Counted from the first letter of the stretch, positions 12,251 to 23,948 are shown. The stretch: DNA of 36,952 nt from Phoronis australis (GCA_002633005.1 NMRA01000173.1:535060-572011), one strand, 5' to 3'. Made by a program: numbers and translations. Notes: generated by a model from the letters alone, not told the origin.

Positions 12251-13419
12251 TTAACCCTTTACGAAATAGATTAGCGAGCTAATGAGCCAAGCCTGCACGC
12301 GCTAACGTGTTTTAACCCCTGCCCGTTCATCTGGAAGGCTTGAATTCCATATAAAACCTGCACACGTTTCAGTGAACAACTGACAGGCTTGGAATTTCAC
12401 ATGGTAATCATACCGTGTCAGAAAATGTCACTTTGGTCAAGAATGGCATAGTTATGTTTTCTGGTGTGTCTCGCGACTTATTCTAAAGCTACATTTCGCC
12501 ATGTTAGCTGGTTAAAAACGAAACTCCAATCAGGTCTTATACTGTCACAAAATCAGTCTAACAATATTAATTACCCCACGATACAATGTCCATTACGAAA
12601 AAGACCATCGGGACCATTAACGACTCAAGAAAACGTTTGGAGGTAATTGACCAACTGTACCCTAAAATTGCAAATTCAGAAAATGGTGCATATACGCAAT
12701 TTAATATAACTCAGTTGCCAGCTTTGATTCAGAGGCGAAATGCAAAAAAAAAATCCCCGTCCACAGCTTCGGGCAGTTGAGCGCACATCACGACGCAGCC
12801 AATGTTGGACATTAATTGTGATGTTTGAGCACATCAATCATTCAATGTTTGGTCGCCCTCACTGTCCTAAAATATTCAAACTGTTTTTCAGTAAGCCAAT
12901 AACCCGGCAAAGGCGGAATCTGCAGCATCGCAGATCCGCTAACTGCTTAACGTCAAATGGATAGGACAAGTCCTAATTCTCCTCTAAAAAAATCGCTTTC
13001 ACAAACACCAAAGTGCAACCAACCTATAGGGCCGGTATCTACCATGCAACTGCGACATTTCTTAATAGACACATCCGTAGTGGTCTCGTCTCGCGTCCAG
13101 CCAGTTGATGCGAGACGTCTGCTGAAGTTCATACAGTCTCGTTCCCAAGCCTCAAGATGTCTTTGATCGGTTAACCAGATAGACTACAGCTAACGAGTAT
13201 CTATGGTTTAACCGATCATAGCCATCTTGAGGCTTGGGGACGACTCAGAGGCTGAATTCATCTCCCTGGTTCACTGCGTGTCCGCTAGGGAGAAGGGGAC
13301 TCTCCTAGCGGACACGCAGGGAACCAGGGAGGGAGTTCACATGCCAGCTTCGCCATCTTTCGACCTGAAAAAACATCACCACAATTATTGTTCGAAATGC
13401 GTTATCTCCCTGAACAACA

Positions 13420-13608
13420 ATGGTTGAATTCTCCAAAAAGAGCCTGTGTTTTGTTCTGGGGGTTGTCTTCGCAGTTGGCGTCGTTACAGGCTACAAGTTG
13501 AAATCGGCAAGAATCCAGTGGCTGAAGAGGCGTAGAGACAAGCTAGCGGATAAATTAGTCGCTGCTCAAAATCACATCAACGCGTCGCAGACAGGAGAGG
13601 CATTCTGA
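13420..13608 (+). CDS. MTLN: Mitoregulin-like (MTLN/MOXI/MPM) single-pass microprotein, 62 aa
   Basis: Ungapped by-eye alignment to recalled human MTLN (MADVSERTLQLSVLVAFASGVLLGWQANRLRRRYLDWRKRRLQDKLAATQKKLDLA) gives about 18/56 identities. Shared features: FAxGVxxG transmembrane motif, basic patch, LxDKLxAxQ. Good start context acaATGG. Confidence 0.8.
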   Translation: MVEFSKKSLCFVLGVVFAVGVVTGYKLKSARIQWLKRRRDKLADKLVAAQNHINASQTGEAF

Positions 13609-14143
13609 ATTGAGGTGTGGTGCAGCCAGGGTAAAGTTCAACAGTACAACACTCTCTGCCTCGCGGCGAGAAAAGTGTAGCCAAAAATCACCCATTGAAT
13701 ATACACTGCGAGATCTTGCTTTTTAGCGAGTCATTCCAGAGTTTCTCGACACATATACTCTCTGTCACAGCGCCATATCTCTCACTAGCATTGTAGTTTT
13801 GTACGTCCATCGATAAGGCTGTCAGTGTCACAGTGGCCTAGCCCTAGGCCGACTTTTCCGCGACGGCCGAGATTGGGTCTAGACAGTGACCACCGCCAGT
13901 AGGATGGTGGAGTTCTTATAGGCGCTTCATACGCCATAAGCTTTTCGGGGAATTATGCCACGCACTGACTAATACATCAAAGTCACATTGTTATTAATAC
14001 CTGCCCTTTGGCTTTGCACACAGAGGGACACCTCAGGAGGCCCTCGATGTATTTAATTCCTTCCAACTCAAATAAATGCTCCCGTTATCAAACTTTTTCT
14101 TCGAGTAGTCCCTCGTTCAGTTCCCTAAATCAGTAACTCACCA

Positions 14144-14737
14144 TTTTTATGCTCCCACATATTTATATGCGCATTATGCCGTCATCTCTGTCCATCTGGC
14201 GTCTGCTGCTCTATCTCCAAAACACCATGAGGTAGTATGTTCATGAAATTTTGCGCATGTGTTCCTTCCATGGATGGGACGGCATGAGCGAACTTTTGGA
14301 CGGATCCGACTAATGGTCTACCCCCTAGTGGCAATTTTAGTTTTTACGTTTACCTCTGTATCTTCAAAAGTCCTCAACGGATTTTCATAAAATTTGGTAT
14401 ATAGGCACCTATTAGTGAGATGACGCTATCCTCCTTCAGATGGATTCAACCTAGTTTGCGCCACCTAGTGGCCATTTTTACTGTTTTCGAGTCTGTTTTT
14501 TGGCGTCCACTTGTCTATCAACCAGACTGCATTCAGGATAATTGCGAAAATTGGCATGTATGTTTTTACTATGAAGTGGACGGCTGACGACAACTGTGGT
14601 ACCTCCTAGTGGGAGTTTTTTTTTCGCTCTCATGGCTGTATCTCCTAAACCATTTGCAGGATCTCTACTTAATGTATCAAGTGTATTTATATGATGTTGA
14701 CAACGGACGACGACAACGACTTTCGGACGGATCAACA
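14144..14737 (+). mobile_element. 3'-truncated second copy of the HINE-like element
   Basis: Colinear with roughly 16784-17415 (atgctcccacatattta, gctgctctatctccaaaac, gacggatccgacta, attagtgagatgacgctatcctcc). Confidence 0.75.
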
Positions 14738-15167
14738 TAGGATCCCAGTCATTAAGTCTCCAGTCATATAAATGTTCACCCAATTCAATATTATGATATA
14801 AATGATCACCCTATTCAATACTAAATTCAATGGGTGTGAGTTAGAAAACTTGCTGAATGCTGAAGGTATCTCCTGACATGTGAAATTTATGGATAAATTC
14901 ATGTTCGTGTTTAACTTTTGGAACACTGAAGACTAAAAAGTGTGTACAACGGTAGAAGTTCTGACAAGACCATACCAGAAGGATGACATCCTCTGGTTCG
15001 TTTCTACAAAAGTTGAACATTTAGGAATCTTTGACTTTATGACTATGACTCTATGACTCCTTGAAACCATTTCAATTTTGTATCAAAGCTAATGAGCTTT
15101 CTTCCACTGTTTCACTGGTAGAATGGGAATTAAACACCAATTGTCACTGTGTGTCTCAGGCGTGTTT

Positions 15168-15291
15168 TAACTACATCATTATCCTGTCTGCACCAGCGTG
15201 CTTGACCTTCCAAAGTATTAACTACATTCTTATCCTTTCTGCACCAGCGTGTTTGACCTTCCAAAGTATTAACTACATTATTATCCTTTCT
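15168..15291. repeat. 51-bp tandem repeat, ~2.4 copies
   Basis: Unit taactacatcattatcctgtctgcaccagcgtgcttgaccttccaaagtat. Confidence 0.85.
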
Positions 15292-16098
15292 AACCTGGTG
15301 ACAATAATTCTGAAATTCAACTAACTGTAAAGTTACCTTGGCAACTGAAGATAATCGGGGTGACAAGCATTCGTGACCTGTCAGTTCTCAAACCATGAAA
15401 TCATTTCTAATGTCAGTAAAAAACAAGGTGAGACGTTTCATGACACTAATTAGGGGCTTAAATCAAAAGTTGACCTTTGACTTGAAGATGTACATGGACT
15501 TATTGCTCATTAAAAATACTCTCTGCTTCATTTTAGTAATCTTCATAAAATGGATTTTAACGCAAATAATTCCATCCAAACTTGATCTCTAATCATGCTT
15601 ATTCAACACTATTTTCGAATTTAACTGAATTTAATATGAAACTTATAATTTAATTTTCATTTTTGGTGGTGCTCCACCACTTTAAATGCTCGCTGTAGTG
15701 AGTGACAGGTGACATGCATTATGGGTACTCCCTCAACATTCGCCATGTATTGAGGTTTCCGCGGAAACCCGTCCATTTAAAAATAGCAGTGTAATAAAGC
15801 AAACACAACAAGGCTGAAAGTTGCAAAATTGACTGGTGAAACTCGTGCTATGCTCGAAATAGGTGAATATAAAAGAAAGACAATCTTTATAGCGAAACTG
15901 TGTGCTCTTAGTTGGTGGCCCGCAGATTATGAATAAACAATTGCAGTAGAACAGACAACCCACACAGCAGTCCACCAAATCAGAACACTAGTCATAAGTC
16001 AGAGCTGGTTGTTGACCTACCAACCGCCACAAGAGACAGCAGGGCACACAAAATATAACCAATTTATTTCAACAAAAAAGCTGATTTATCTAAGAAAC

Positions 16099-16131
16099 CT
16101 TAACTTTCTGTTTTATTATTGTATTTTTCAG
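16099..16131 (+). other. 3' splice site upstream of the cupin ATG
   Basis: Branch-like cttaac, T-rich tract, then tttttcag. Confidence 0.7.
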
Positions 16132-16160
16132 TTGACATCCTGACAAGGTGATTTTACAAG

Positions 16161-16481
16161 ATGCCCATTGGCAAAGTAAATATTGAGAAGTGGAACCCTA
16201 GTGTGGATGGAAAACTCGACGTGGAGAATATGAAAAAGAAACTTACAAATCAAGGGTACCACAGTACAGTGTATCACTTCCCTCCAGGAACTGACTTTCC
16301 TGATCACACGCACTCGTACACGAAGAAAGACGCCATTGTGGCTGGAGAATTTAGAATGGAGATGTTGGGAGAAGTAGTTGTACTACAGCCTGGAGACATC
16401 ATCGTTGTCCCTGCTCAAGTAGTTCATAACGCTTCGGTTATTGGCAATAAAACTGTGGTCTTCGTTGATGGTTCAAAGTGA
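16161..16481 (+). CDS. Small single-domain cupin (Cupin_2/RmlC-like), 106 aa
   Basis: Cupin motif 1 FPPGTDFPDHTH and motif 2 LQPGDIIVVPAQVVHNA. Start context aagATG, preceded by a strong splice acceptor ending at 16131. Confidence 0.85.
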   Translation: MPIGKVNIEKWNPSVDGKLDVENMKKKLTNQGYHSTVYHFPPGTDFPDHTHSYTKKDAIVAGEFRMEMLGEVVVLQPGDIIVVPAQVVHNASVIGNKTVVFVDGSK

Positions 16482-16598
16482 ACCGCTGCATGACGTTTCT
16501 TTCCTGACGTTGCCTTACAAAACGTTATTTATTTGGTTGATGCCATCATTGTTTCACATTTTGCATAGTCTGTGATTTTAGAAATGCGGTGATTCTGT

Positions 16599-16696
16599 CA
16601 ACACCCGACTGTGTTGCTTGCCTGGTTCTCTCAGCACCCGACTGTGTTGCTTGCCTGGTTCTCTCAACACCTGACGGTGTTGCTTGCCTGGTTCTC
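16599..16696. repeat. 33-bp tandem repeat, 3 copies, downstream of the cupin stop
   Basis: Unit caacacccgactgtgttgcttgcctggttctct. Confidence 0.9.
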
Positions 16697-16783
16697 TGAA
16701 ACCCACTCTGCAAAGGCTGAGTTTAAAATCATCTGACTTTCAGATTTATCTCATTGGCTGTGCAGATCTTGTATCTCGTATGA

Positions 16784-18057
16784 TTTTAATGCGCCCACAT
16801 ATTTACATGTGGACGCATTATGCCATCATCTCCGTCCGTCCGTCCGGGCGGCGTCCGTCCGGCGTCCGCTGCTCTATCTCCAAAACTCTTTGACATGCGT
16901 TCATGAAATTTGATGCATATGTTTCATTCATGAATGGGACGGCATGAGGAAACTTTCAGACGGATCCGACTACTGGTGTGCCCCTAGTGGCAATTTTATT
17001 TTTTTACGTTTACCTTTGTTTCTTCAAAAGTCCTTAATGGATTTTCGTGAAATGTAATATGTAGGCATCTATTAGTGAGATGACGCTATCCTCCCGTTTT
17101 CGGTTAGATTCGACGTAGTTTGCACCACCTAGTGGCCATTTTTACTGTTTTCGAGTCTGTTTTTTTCCGTCCACCCCTCTATCAACCAAACTGCTCAAAA
17201 GATGTGAAAATTGGCATGTGTGTGCTTACTATAAAGAGGACTGTTGACGATGATTTTCCAACGATTTCGACTACTGTGGCGCCTCCTAGTGGCAGTTATG
17301 TTTTTGTTGCGCCTATGGCTGTGTCTCCTAAACCGTTCGCAGGATCTTTACTTAATTTAGCAAGTGTATTTATATGATGTTGACTACGGATGATTACGAC
17401 TTTCGGACAGATCCGACTACTGCTGTGCCCCCTAGTGGCAATTTTAATTTTTTACGTTTGACTCAATATCTTCAAAGGTCCTCAACAGATTTTCATAAAG
17501 TTTTAAATAAAGGCATCTATTGGTGTGATGACGCTATCTTCCTGTTTTTGGATGGAATCGAGGTATTTTGCACCTCCTAGTGGCCATTTTTGCTGTTTTC
17601 AAATCTTGTTTTTGGCGTCCACCTGTGTATCAACCAAATCATTTGAAAATTGGCATATATGTTTTCAGTGTGAAGACGACCTTTGATGATGGTGACTGAC
17701 TACTGTGGCGCCTCCTTGTGGTTGTTTTGTTTTGCGCCCATAGGTGTATCTCCTAAACCCACTGCAGGATCTTTACTAAATTTATTACCAGTAAGTGTAT
17801 TTATATGAAGATAACAACAGACGACGACTTTCAGGCAGATCCAACGGACACTGTGCCCACTAGTGGCAATTTCATTTTATTCTGTTTTTCTTAGTTTCTC
17901 TGAAGTTCCTTGACAGACTTTTATGAAATATGGCATGTTCCTGTTTTTGGATGGATTGTATGTTTTTACGCCATCTAGTGGCCATTTTTATGATACAAAT
18001 AAATAACCCTAAAAGCACACCATTTGGGCGCATTTCAACGCTCCGCGTTGCTCTTGT
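16784..18057 (+). mobile_element. Helentron-associated non-autonomous element (HINE/DINE-1-like) with internal tandem array
   Basis: T-run start, subTIR aatgcgcccacat with a nearby inverted copy, (CGTC)n microsatellite, ~147-bp subunits marked by ctagtggc, 3' subTIR atttgggcgcatt and terminal hairpin caacgc-tcc-gcgttg. Confidence 0.75.
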
Positions 18058-18809
18058 AATTTATTTTAAAAAGTCACGGATCATGCACGAGAGATAGTGA
18101 ACAAGAATATTTCTTGGTGAAAGCTTACAACACTTTGACCTGTTTTTGTGCTCGCTAGATTGTTTCAGTTCTGAATGATCAAAGTAAGGCCTGTTGTCCA
18201 TGTTAATTAAATAAAGTACTGAATTATTCCCATGCACTACAGAACGTTTCAGTTTCAGTGGCTTTAAGTCCACGACAATGTAGATATCAATCTATTACAT
18301 TGTTGAGTGTTACCGTGCTCGTTTGCTGGCACATAGGTCGGTTATCTATCACGGTTAGAACAATTTACCGACGGATACCAAAGAACCGAAACCTAACGCA
18401 TTTACACGAGGACCAGTGAACACGGAGCAGCTGATAGGGCTGAGGTGTGTGTGTAAACGTGGCTGACGAGAAAAGTTGACGCCACGGCGCCCATTTTTGA
18501 CACCGGCTTGGGAAGTTGAGCAAGTTTCACTCGATTAGTTACTCCTGTATCAACTACTCTTCTGAATACAAACAGGGGAGGACCATCTTTATTGTGTTTG
18601 CGCAAAAGCGTATTCGGATGTTAAGTGATGGTGTATCTGCCACTAATTTGACCCAAAATAGGAACGTAAGTCCCCAGCCACATACTTTCCAAAATTTTGC
18701 TTGTCTTGGTTTTTTTCCGGTTCAGGTAACCAGGGAGACAACTACACTTGAAATTTTTGTAAAATTATCTGTCAAGATAAATGTGTTCCGACAACTGTTC
18801 CACCATTTA

Positions 18810-19020
18810 CAGTGGCGGATCTAGGATATCACAAGGGGGGGCCCAACATTTTGTCCGGCTGTAAGCATTTGCGCAAACCACGATTGTAGATGCGCATAGC
18901 ACCGAATGGGGGGAGGTCGGGAGGGGGGTTTGCCCAGGAAATTTTTCTGTTTTTTCCTCTAAAAATCAAGCATTTTCCTTGATTTCTGATGTATTATCCA
19001 AGAAAAAAAGGCAAAAAAAA
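18810..19020. mobile_element. Left end of a CAGTGGCGGA-type element; right end not found
   Basis: cagtggcggatctagga is identical to the terminus at 8038 and is followed by G-rich runs. The right boundary is approximate. Confidence 0.6.
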
Positions 19021-21461
19021 AACCGAGAACGTGTCACACAGGAAAAATTGAGTTTTTCAGAATCGACCTGGCTGATAGGACGCGCGTGCTTTACCACTAC
19101 ACCACCACGATTTCAACAGTAACCTTAAACTAAGAGACTTACTTGTTTATGGTCCACAGCGTTTGCACGCGAAACCTACTTCTTTTTGTATATTATTACA
19201 CGTTTTATATTTTGTGCAATCGGTTCTTAACATATTTGTTGTATTTAAAATAGTCTTCAAATGCCCAAAAGACCAAATCCGTTTTTCGTGTTGGCAATAA
19301 TGACGGGATTGCTTTGGAAATCGTCTTAAGTTAAGGTTTGACAAAGAGAGAATTAATGAGTTTCTGAGTGATTCACTAAGGCTTCGATTAAAATTCACAT
19401 CTTACCAGCAGCTTCTGTTTTTTCATCGTCACTCAGGTTCCATTTTCTTTAAAAAATGAAGTAAATTTTCTCCATTGCACAGTGGAGCAGACGACGGAAA
19501 CGGAGTCGTAGTGCGCAGCGCCACTGCCGGTCGCCTGGGATATCGCGGGTGAGCTTACTTAGCCATAGTTCCGTTACGAACGCGCCGTGTTCCGAATTTG
19601 ACACTTGAAATTGGATACAGCTTATACTAGTGATCCTCGTCTCTGGTATTCCACGTGCTTTGGACGTTCTTCATTGCGAGCATGCGCAAACAGTCTGTGT
19701 AGCTGATGCTGCCGGATCCAGTTTGCGATCTAGGCCCGAGGTCTAATCATTTTTGGTAGCCTGTCTTCTATTTTACTTTTTGCAAGCTCAAGAACAGTGC
19801 CTTGCATGAGTAACTTTCCAATCCCAGTTTTGCATATAGTGACCGCAAAATAAGTCTTAAAGTTCGAAACTGAATTCGAAGTTTAGAGTTTTTACTCGAG
19901 TTTGTAGCTCGAATCTAGGGGTCATCATGCGCGAACTTAGACTAAAAACTCGTATGCATCATGGCAATGCACTCAAGCACAGAATAATAGACACTTATCT
20001 CGAGTTCGCTCAAAAGTAGAATGAAAGACTTCAAAAATAATTTCGGGATTTCGGGTCCTAATGTCGTGTAAATGCGACTTAAGAGGAGCAACTCGCGCTG
20101 TGTCAATTGTTGGTCGTGTAAATGGCTACATGTATGAACTAAATGTATCGCATATTTCTGTTAACAAATATTCCAACGGCTTACAGAGGAAACAGGAGCC
20201 ATGCGGTTCAAAAAATCATCAGTTTTAGTCCGCGATAAATCATTTCAGCTAGCGTTTCACTGCCATGAAGGCATCGTTGATGTGGCAACTGGTCTACTTC
20301 ACACAATAGTGCATTAGAACAGATTTTCTTATCGACAGGCCTTTTGATGGCTGCCGTAGAAAACGAGTCGTTTGAAATACTAGGTGCCATGAAACGGGCC
20401 GCAAAATGTACTTAAATTTGATGTTTTAAAAACATCACTCGAAGATGTAACAATAGTCATTGTCAGTGTAAATAGTTCTCAACATTAACGTCGGGTCACA
20501 GCATAATTTGAACACATTTTGTACACTTTCATTGACATTTGCAAGAAAACAAACTCATCTGTGCAGTTTTGTGTCACCAAGTGTCATACGTAAATACCAA
20601 CACGTCTGTTCGATATCTTGCACCTATAACAACACAGACCCACTAGTCTTTCACAAACTTGAATACAGTCTTCTAATTTTTGTCAGTAACGATTTATCCA
20701 AACTGGAAGTTCATTTATTTTTCCTACAGTCACTATGTGCTTAACAAATTAACGACTCACATATCGATCAGTCCAAATAAGTGCACTGTGAAGCTTCAAA
20801 TAGTCGCAACGTCTGAACTTGATTCGACCTAAAATTGTGAAAATTTGAGTCAGCTGCAGGTCCAATCTCTGCCCGTGACAATTCTCTGAAGTAAAATAAT
20901 GCTCTTTAAACCTCAACACTAACCCTCAAAAGTTTGCAGGAAAAGTTGAAAACTCCTTTCAAAGTATGGTTAACGGACAAGCGTGACCTTCAATTTTTAC
21001 CAAATTAAAGGTAACTGTAGAGAAAGAACATCCGCCATCGGAAGAACAATAACATGCAGTCTGCGACACAGGGAGCATGAGTTTTGAGTTGACTTGCGTT
21101 TTATCTTTCAAGATTGACGCCAGTGATGAATTATCTTGGTGATCAGAACGAGGATTGGTTGAAATCATGAAAACGGGGTTTAGTATCTTTTTAAGATTGC
21201 TACCAGGTATTAGAGCCGGCTGCAAAATGAAATATCAATTCATGATGCTAGCTTCATATTTAAGCAGTCTAGGTTCTGCCGTCGTTATGTGAAACACTGG
21301 CTAAAATATTCCACTGCCACAATTTACGTTTTTATTATGACAATCTGGGCCGTTGCGATAATTTCGACCTGTGCAGTGCATGCTCGCAAAAATTTCTACG
21401 GGCTACGACAATGCTTATTAGAGAACGTCCTATGACACTCATTTCAGCACTTAGGATTAGC

Positions 21462-21547
21462 AACTGAAGACCTCTATGGAACATTGACACGTCACGTCAT
21501 ATAACTGAAGACCTCTATGGAACATTGACACGTCCCGTCATATAACT
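21462..21547. repeat. 41-bp tandem duplication
   Basis: aactgaagacctctatggaacattgacacgtcacgtcatat occurs twice with one mismatch. Confidence 0.9.
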
Positions 21548-22398
21548 TCCGAGATACGATGCAGCACGTTGAGTTAAGTAGTTCGTGTGGCCCGGTCTGA
21601 TTTCGTGCAAAAACTACCGCCACCTGGACGAGGACTTGTGTAAAAAATGAAAACGCTAGCCCTAAGTCTGGCCCTGGACAAAATAGTCAAAATTGTCTCC
21701 TGTCAGTACCATGGCTGGCGCATTTGTCGAATTTGAAATTATGTTTCAAAACAAATTAAATACTAGTAGTGTGCAGCTTGAAAGCAACAAGCGGCCGGGC
21801 CCTACAGGCGGCCGGGCCCTACACTGCAGACACGCTGAACCATTACAGGATAATATTCACACACCGGGCTGTCCCTCGCTTCTGCCAATTATAATATCAA
21901 AACTGCTAAAAACATCTCTTGTGGCGCTTAGCATAGATTATTATTTTTTACACTTTGTATCTTATTTTTATCCCTGTTCTTTATATTTTATCATGCCGTA
22001 ATAAATGACCTTATGTTACTTCACCAACCTGGGTTCCGACATGACCTTTTCATCTCTGGTAACAAGCTTGTTAGGCACGCATTTACTCCCAACATATATC
22101 GATCATAAATATAAGGCATTTTGCGCAAACTTAAGTTTTGTAAATTTCCTCTCTCTACATTTAACAAAACTCAAATTGTTAGCTCAAGAATGATTAAAAA
22201 ATCACTGAATGCCTGGCGCCTCGGTGATTTCTGCACTTTTAGAGCACCGTGTTTTTCTGTGTGCGCGCTAAAGCTTTGAGCAACACCGCAACACCTGTAA
22301 GTCTTCAAGAACATCGCTAACTGGGGCCCCGGCAGTACCCTTGACGTTACAAATATTGAAAATGGCGGAGCCTGAACACCAACTTTCCAAATTCGCAT

Positions 22399-22471
22399 CA
22401 TCTGATGTCAGTGCTTCCACAGAGGTAGAATAATCATTATTCTACCTCTGTGGAAGCACTGACATCAGATG
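22399..22471. repeat. Perfect palindrome, 36-bp arms with 1-nt centre
   Basis: catctgatgtcagtgcttccacagaggtagaataat-c-attattctacctctgtggaagcactgacatcagatg. Confidence 0.95.
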
Positions 22472-22719
22472 TATACGTTTATGGCATCGGTGCCTCTAAA
22501 AATGCCAAAAATCGAGGGGCCTGTAGCATATGCCATACTTCTACGTTCATAGTCCGGAACTAAGACACCCGCGGGAGTTGGCATTCAGCTAGTTCTATGC
22601 AATACCGTAGCTCAATTCCCTGCATCAATCGCTTAGTCTCCTATGACTTGCAGCTCCCAAATTTATGGGCAACGGAAAATGCAAAAATTTGTTTAAAGTA
22701 AAAAAATCTTATTTTGGAA

Positions 22720-22965
22720 ATCCAATGGTATTTTATTAATTCAACCACATTTCAAATAAAAGTCAATCCTATAATGAAAATTCAATCTAATTGCATAAAT
22801 CAATCCTGTTTCACGATTTCAATCCCGTAGTATTTCATATTCAATCATAGTTTGTATCAATTCAATCCTGTGTTAATGAATTCAATCTTATTTTACAAAT
22901 TCAATTTTGCTTTACAAATACAGCTCCATAATTCAATCTTACATTAAATATTCAATTCTGTTTTG
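22720..22965. repeat. Degenerate ~20-bp ttcaatc array
   Basis: Repeated ttcaatcct/ttcaatctt units. Confidence 0.7.
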
Positions 22966-23591
22966 CAAATTGGTGAATTAAAAAATAATAGTTTGATTAA
23001 AATTTACATTACACTAAACATGTGAGTTGCTTTAGAGCAGTGCAAAAATTTTTTCAACTTGATCTTTATCATTTGAGTGAATTTCCAAGTTTCCAAAGAT
23101 ATTCCAAGTTCGCCCATATGCGATTTTGAGATTAAGCAATTTAACAACCTTGAATACATCTTCACCCATATATGTCAAAGACGTCTCTGATCGTATGCAG
23201 GCCTCAAATGGATAAACCGATTAGCGCCATCTTGAGGCTTGGGTACGAGGCTGTGACCGTATGCATCACAGGCGACACCTGTTATCTGGTAGAAAACATT
23301 CTCAAGGGATGATACGTTTTCTTAATTGAAATCAACGGTAACTAAATTAAGCAATACACCAAACTAGAACTTAAATGTGCATGTGGTAAGTTTTTATTTC
23401 TACAAAAATTCCCAGTGAACTGCATAAATTGAATTCATTGCACCGTAAACTGTGTAAGGAAGACCTGTCAACCCTACAACAATGGGATGATCTCAAAGTC
23501 GTGGCTTCAGCACACCTTCCACCGGCTTGAGGAGGTAGCATTAGGTTTTCAGTTACGGGGCTTTGGTATTTATCACTGTTATTTTGCAAAT

Positions 23592-23948
23592 ATGAACGCT
23601 CTGATGGGCATCAGACAACTTTTTTATTTAGCGTATATACTCTTCTTCACGTTTGATTCGATTCATTGTTTGCAAGTTATCTGGGCAGTGAATGCTGGCG
23701 GGAATGCACACACCGACATCCACGGAATCAAATACCAAAAAGACAAATTATCATCTGGCTTTCCTTCTGACTACGGCACAAGTCTAATCATCCAAAGAGT
23801 TGTACCTCAAGACCAAATCCTGTATCAGACAGAGAGATACCACACCGATAACTTCGCCTACAACATACCAATCAAAGCAAATGACGAAGGGGATTATGTC
23901 CTTGTGTTGAAATTCTGTGAGGTCTGGTTCAACGCACCAAATCAAAAG
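23592..23948 (+). CDS. MLEC: Malectin coding exon 1 (signal peptide and N-terminal lectin domain)
   Basis: MNALMG...[21 protein letters not shown] and [12 protein letters not shown] match malectin. Donor AAG|GTAATC at 23948/9, phase 0. ATG 23592 is chosen because a signal-like peptide follows. Confidence 0.93.

Noticed and set aside
13659-13730. Motif tcttgctttttagcgag shared with 36000-36086 as a conserved regulatory element
   Set aside because: The inverted ends of the 36000 copy (tcgctaaaa...ttttagcga) indicate an ordinary small MITE relic.
15061-15366. Repeat-containing ORFs on both strands
   Set aside because: Explained by the 51-bp (multiple of three) tandem repeat.
19147-19398. Faint resemblance to a TTF-type zinc finger of hAT/ZNF862-like transposases
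   Set aside because: Key Trp/Cys residues are missing and no catalytic domain is seen nearby; needs a translated HMM search.
20500-21225. Possible decayed retroelement protease-like coding relic on the minus strand
   Set aside because: Multiple stops and no intact D(T/S)G motif; cannot be supported by eye.
23487-23591. N-terminal extension of the malectin ORF in the ORF track
   Set aside because: No malectin resemblance; the signal-like peptide begins after ATG 23592. Use of the upstream ATG is not excluded.
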